From contig CAWGVS010000005.1 of assembly GCA_963826115.1 (NCBI GenBank), forward strand, positions 1,536,001 to 1,600,000: a stretch of 64,000 nt of DNA, in the 5' to 3' direction. The stretch's first letter is position 1. The number at the start of each line of letters is the position of its first letter. The translations under genes were made by a program, and so were the position numbers. This DNA comes from an uncultured Candidatus Rokubacteria bacterium. Lineage in GTDB: Bacteria; Methylomirabilota; Methylomirabilia; Rokubacteriales; DASRDR01. A model generated the notes under the pieces. That model was not told the origin of the DNA and ran no database searches. It saw only the letters and a program-made list of their open reading frames with translations. Positions 60,883 to 64,000 of this stretch are shown here, piece after piece.

Positions 60883-61989
60883 TCATCGGGGAACCTCCAA
60901 GGCCAGATCGGCAAGGCTCGAGCGGAACGCGTCGACCACCGCGTCCATGTCCCGGGGCGTGAGCGTCCCCATGTTGGACACGCGGAATGCGTAGGTGCGG
61001 ATGTCACCCTGGCCGGCGTAGATCACGTACCCGCGGCTCTTCATGGCGTCGTGGAGCGGATCGTAGGCCAGCCCCGGGAGGAGGCGGAAGGTGGTCAGGA
61101 TGTTCGACCGGGCCCCCTCGGGGACCAGGATCTCGAAGCCGAGCCCTGCCATGCCGCGCCGCACCACCCGGGCGTTCTCGGCATACCGGGCGATCCGGTG
61201 GTCCACGCCCTCTCGCTCGAGCTCCACGAGCGCCTGCCGCATCGCGTGGAGGACCTGGACGGCGGGCGTGAACGGGGTGCTGTCGCGCTCCTGGGTGGCG
61301 TAGTGGGCATGGAGGTCGAGGTAGACGCTCCGGGGCGGCTGTCCCGCGAGGGCGTCCAGGGCCGAGCGTCGTCCGAGCACGAAGGCGATCCCCGGGACCC
61401 CCTGGAGGCACTTGTTGGCGCTCGCGGTCACGAAGTCGATGCCGTCGGCCGAGACATCCAGCGGCTCGCCGAAGAGGGAGCTCATGGCGTCCACCAGCAC
61501 CCGACGGCCCGCCCCGGCGGCGACCCGGGCGACGTCCACCACCGGGTTCAGCAGCCCCGTCGTCGTCTCGTGGTGGACCACCGCGACGTGGCTCAGCACG
61601 GGATGCCTCCGGAGAGCCGCGTCCACGTCAGCCGGCGGGACCGGGGTGGTGACGTCGTAGCGGAGCACCTCGGCCCGGATCCCGTGGGCGTGCGCGATCC
61701 GGGCCAGCCGGTCCCCATACACACCGTTGTTCACGATCAGGAGGCCGCGGTCGCGGGGCACCGCCGAGCACACCGCCGCCTCGACCGCCGCGGTCCCGGA
61801 GCCGGTGAAGAGGACGGACGCGAAGCTCCCCGCACACCCCGCCATCCGGACGAGGCGCTCCCGGCAGTCGCGCATCATCTCGAAGAACTCCGGCTCCCGG
61901 TGACAGAGGTCCGGCATCACCAGGGCCTCGCGCACCGGTCGGCTCGTGTTGGCGGGGCCGGGGTTCAGCAGGATCCACTCGCGCTCCAT
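60883..61989 (-). CDS. phnW: 2-aminoethylphosphonate aminotransferase (class V PLP)
   Basis: LLNPGP, DLCHREPEF, GSGTAAVE, HHETTTGLLN, DAMSS, SANKCLQGVPG, PFTP, VIYAGQG. Confidence 0.85.
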   Translation of the reverse strand: MEREWILLNPGPANTSRPVREALVMPDLCHREPEFFEMMRDCRERLVRMAGCAGSFASVLFTGSGTAAVEAAVCSAVPRDRGLLIVNNGVYGDRLARIAHAHGIRAEVLRYDVTTPVPPADVDAALRRHPVLSHVAVVHHETTTGLLNPVVDVARVAAGAGRRVLVDAMSSLFGEPLDVSADGIDFVTASANKCLQGVPGIAFVLGRRSALDALAGQPPRSVYLDLHAHYATQERDSTPFTPAVQVLHAMRQALVELEREGVDHRIARYAENARVVRRGMAGLGFEILVPEGARSNILTTFRLLPGLAYDPLHDAMKSRGYVIYAGQGDIRTYAFRVSNMGTLTPRDMDAVVDAFRSSLADLALEVPR

Positions 61990-62181
61990 CCTCGATCCTC
62001 CCGGCCGTCAGGCTACCCCTCGCGCCCGTCGCCCGTCCACCCTGGCGTCGCGACGTCGATCGCTCCGACGCCGACAGGTCCGCTTCCGCAGAGGCGGCCG
62101 GAGGTCGCCCCCGTGGTTTCTTCCTTGTAACCGACGAAGCGACACGCTAAGGTGCCGCTAGAGGAGGAGACCCAAGGGGTC

Positions 62182-62379
62182 ATGGCGCAGCTCGCCTTTC
62201 TGATCTCGCTCGTCGCACTGGGAATCTCCATCCTCGCCTACCAGGAAGCCGGCGGCACGAAGGATCTCACCAAGAGGGTCGAGTCGCTTCGTGAAGACCT
62301 CCGGCGCGAGACAGCGGACAGCCTATCCAAGCTCGAAAAGGCGCTCCGCTCGGCGGAGCCCGCGAAATCGAAGCCATGA
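62182..62379 (+). CDS. Small single-pass membrane protein with coiled-coil tail
   Basis: MAQLAFLISLVALGISILAYQ then charged helix; purine-rich upstream region. Confidence 0.65.
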   Translation: MAQLAFLISLVALGISILAYQEAGGTKDLTKRVESLREDLRRETADSLSKLEKALRSAEPAKSKP

Positions 62380-62443
62380 GTCGAGCCGGCGCGTCTCCTC
62401 CGCGAGGCTGCCGACGCGCGACGCGTCCCGCTTCGATCCGCGA

Positions 62444-63124
62444 GTGCACACCCGGAGGCTGCGAGCCCTAGAGGCGGTGGACGCCGAATCGGACCCCCCT
62501 GACGCTGGTTGGCGCACCGAGCCGCGCTCCGCTGAGCGCCGGGTCGTCCTGCGGCGGCATCAGCTATCCCACCTGCCCGGGCTCGAGGTGCACGCCACCA
62601 TCTTCGAGACCCGCTACGCGCCGGGCTCCTCGCCGAGCCACTGCAGCGGGACGTGCTGCGTGAGCGGCGTCAAGGTCGACGTCGCCCAGCGCGATCAGAT
62701 CCTCGCCCACACCGACCTCGTCCGGCGCGCGATGGACCCCGGACAGGACCACGACCCCCGCCACTGGTTCGAGGAGACGGAGGTCCCCGACCCCGATTTC
62801 CCGTCGGGCCGGTGCGTCGGCACCGAGGTCCACAACGGCGGCTGCGTCTTCCTGGACTCGGCCGGGCGGTGCGTGCTCCAGGCGGTGACGATCGCCCAGG
62901 CCAGGCCAGGTTTCGACCTGAAGCCCTTCTTCTGCTACGCCTTCCCGATCACGGTCGCCAACGGAGCGCTGTGGATCGACGAGATGTGTCTGGACGCGCC
63001 CGGCGGCTGCTGCCGGCCGGCGCCCGGTGGCCCGCTCGGCGTCCTCGACGTCTGCGAGGGCGAGCTGCGCCACACGCTCGGCGACGAGGGGCTCCAGGAG
63101 CTCCGGCGGGCTATCGAGGAGTGA
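62444..63124 (+). CDS. Cysteine-cluster protein (DUF3109/YkgJ-like); start uncertain
   Basis: CSGTCC..G, DFPSGRC, CVFL..GRCVLQ, KPFFCYAFPI. Confidence 0.65.
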   Translation: MHTRRLRALEAVDAESDPPDAGWRTEPRSAERRVVLRRHQLSHLPGLEVHATIFETRYAPGSSPSHCSGTCCVSGVKVDVAQRDQILAHTDLVRRAMDPGQDHDPRHWFEETEVPDPDFPSGRCVGTEVHNGGCVFLDSAGRCVLQAVTIAQARPGFDLKPFFCYAFPITVANGALWIDEMCLDAPGGCCRPAPGGPLGVLDVCEGELRHTLGDEGLQELRRAIEE

Positions 63125-63134
63125 CCGCCACTCG

Positions 63135-64000
63135 ATGAGCTTACGCGCCGGCGCCCAGGTCTCCGCCTCCGGCTCCCCGGTTCGCACGACCGGCCGGGCC
63201 GGCTTGACGGGACCGACGGGGCGGAACGGCCGGCCCGGACCGGCGCCGCGGATCGGCCTTGCCTGCAACCTGAAGCCCGAGGAAGGCCAGCCGTCCCTCC
63301 CGGCGCCGACCGCGAACGGCCACGGGAACGCGGCGGACCTCTACGCCGAGTGGGACGACGAGGTCACGATCGCGGCGCTCGAGGCCGCGCTGGCGGAAGC
63401 GGGCGAGGTCGTCCGGCTCGAGGCGACGAAGGAGTTCCCGCTCCGCCTCCACGAGGCCCGACCCGACATCGTCTTCAACGTGGCCGAGGGGCTCTGGGGG
63501 CCGAACCGCGAAGCCCACGTCCCCGCTTTCTGCGAGTTCTGGAACGTCCCGTACACCGGGAGCGATCCGTTGACGCTGGCGCTCTGCCTCGACAAGGCGC
63601 GGGCCAAGGAGGTCCTGGCCCACCATCGCGTCCCGACCGCCGAGTTCACCGTCGTGCCCCCGCGGGCGCCGCTCGACCGGATCCCGCCCCTCCCCGTCGT
63701 GGTGAAGCCCCTCCACGAGGGATCGAGCAAGGGAATCACCCAGGCGTCGCTCTGCCGGACGCGGGCCGAGGTCGGCCGCGCGGCCGGACGAGTCTGGCGG
63801 CACTACCGCCAGCCGGCGCTCATCGAGCGATGGCTCCCCGGCCGGGAGTTCACGTGCGCCCTGATCGGGAACGACCGGAGGACCCGGCTCCTCCCGGTGG
63901 TCGAGCTGAACTTCGACGCCCTGCCACGGGGCGCCGAGCGTCTCTACTCGTACGAGGCGAAGTGGGTGTGGGACACGCCGGACAAGCCGCTCCCCATCTT
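63135..64000 (+). CDS. ATP-grasp D-Ala-D-Ala ligase-like protein (partial, runs off window end)
   Basis: Manual translation: RIGLACNLK..YAEWDD..FNVAEG..REAHVP..YTGSD..LDKARAK..VKPLHEGSSKGI..ERWLPGREFT. Confidence 0.85.
   Translation, partial: MSLRAGAQVSASGSPVRTTGRAGLTGPTGRNGRPGPAPRIGLACNLKPEEGQPSLPAPTANGHGNAADLYAEWDDEVTIAALEAALAEAGEVVRLEATKEFPLRLHEARPDIVFNVAEGLWGPNREAHVPAFCEFWNVPYTGSDPLTLALCLDKARAKEVLAHHRVPTAEFTVVPPRAPLDRIPPLPVVVKPLHEGSSKGITQASLCRTRAEVGRAAGRVWRHYRQPALIERWLPGREFTCALIGNDRRTRLLPVVELNFDALPRGAERLYSYEAKWVWDTPDKPLPI

Noticed and set aside
57375-60962. 1195-aa plus-strand ORF
   Set aside because: Antisense to the DMGDH-like gene and phnA; no recognisable domain
61990-62180. GC-rich dyads upstream of phnW as a possible riboswitch or PHO box
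   Set aside because: No recognisable riboswitch consensus or PHO direct repeats; short stems are expected by chance at this GC content

Overview
Very GC-rich, gene-dense bacterial chromosome segment from a diderm organism (PagL-like, LAB_N, Omp85, TolC and Mla genes). Composition and gene repertoire are reminiscent of Ca. Rokubacteria/Methylomirabilota, which is inference only. In order: surface-glycan genes; a gamma-glutamyl-amine-type module; site-2 protease; an atypical RNase III domain; the yceD-rpmF-plsX-fabD-fabG-acpP-fabF operon; htpX; a System I cytochrome c maturation locus split between ccmC and ccmD by a transglutaminase/TPR lipoprotein and glgCB; ligA, gdh, pyk and ispH; a divergent hopanoid locus; two divergent luciferase-like monooxygenases; a phosphonate module; and a partial ATP-grasp ligase. 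The hopanoid locus holds hpnH, hpnG, hpnA, hpnD and shc, plus a CruF-like membrane protein, tandem Zn dehydrogenases, PagL, a POTRA-less Omp85 barrel, MlaEFD-TolC-MlaC and a cytidylyltransferase. The phosphonate module is phnW-phnA plus a dimethylglycine-dehydrogenase-like flavoprotein, with no phnY. Best candidates for undescribed biology: (1) a hopanoid modification/export system using TolC and a barrel-only Omp85 instead of HpnN/MlaA; (2) folate-linked degradation of N-methylated aminophosphonates; (3) a dsRBD-less, half-degenerate RNase III in frame behind fabF. No CRISPR, rRNA, tRNA or mobile element was recognised. Three single-base frameshifts (hpnA, hpnG x2) may be sequencing errors.
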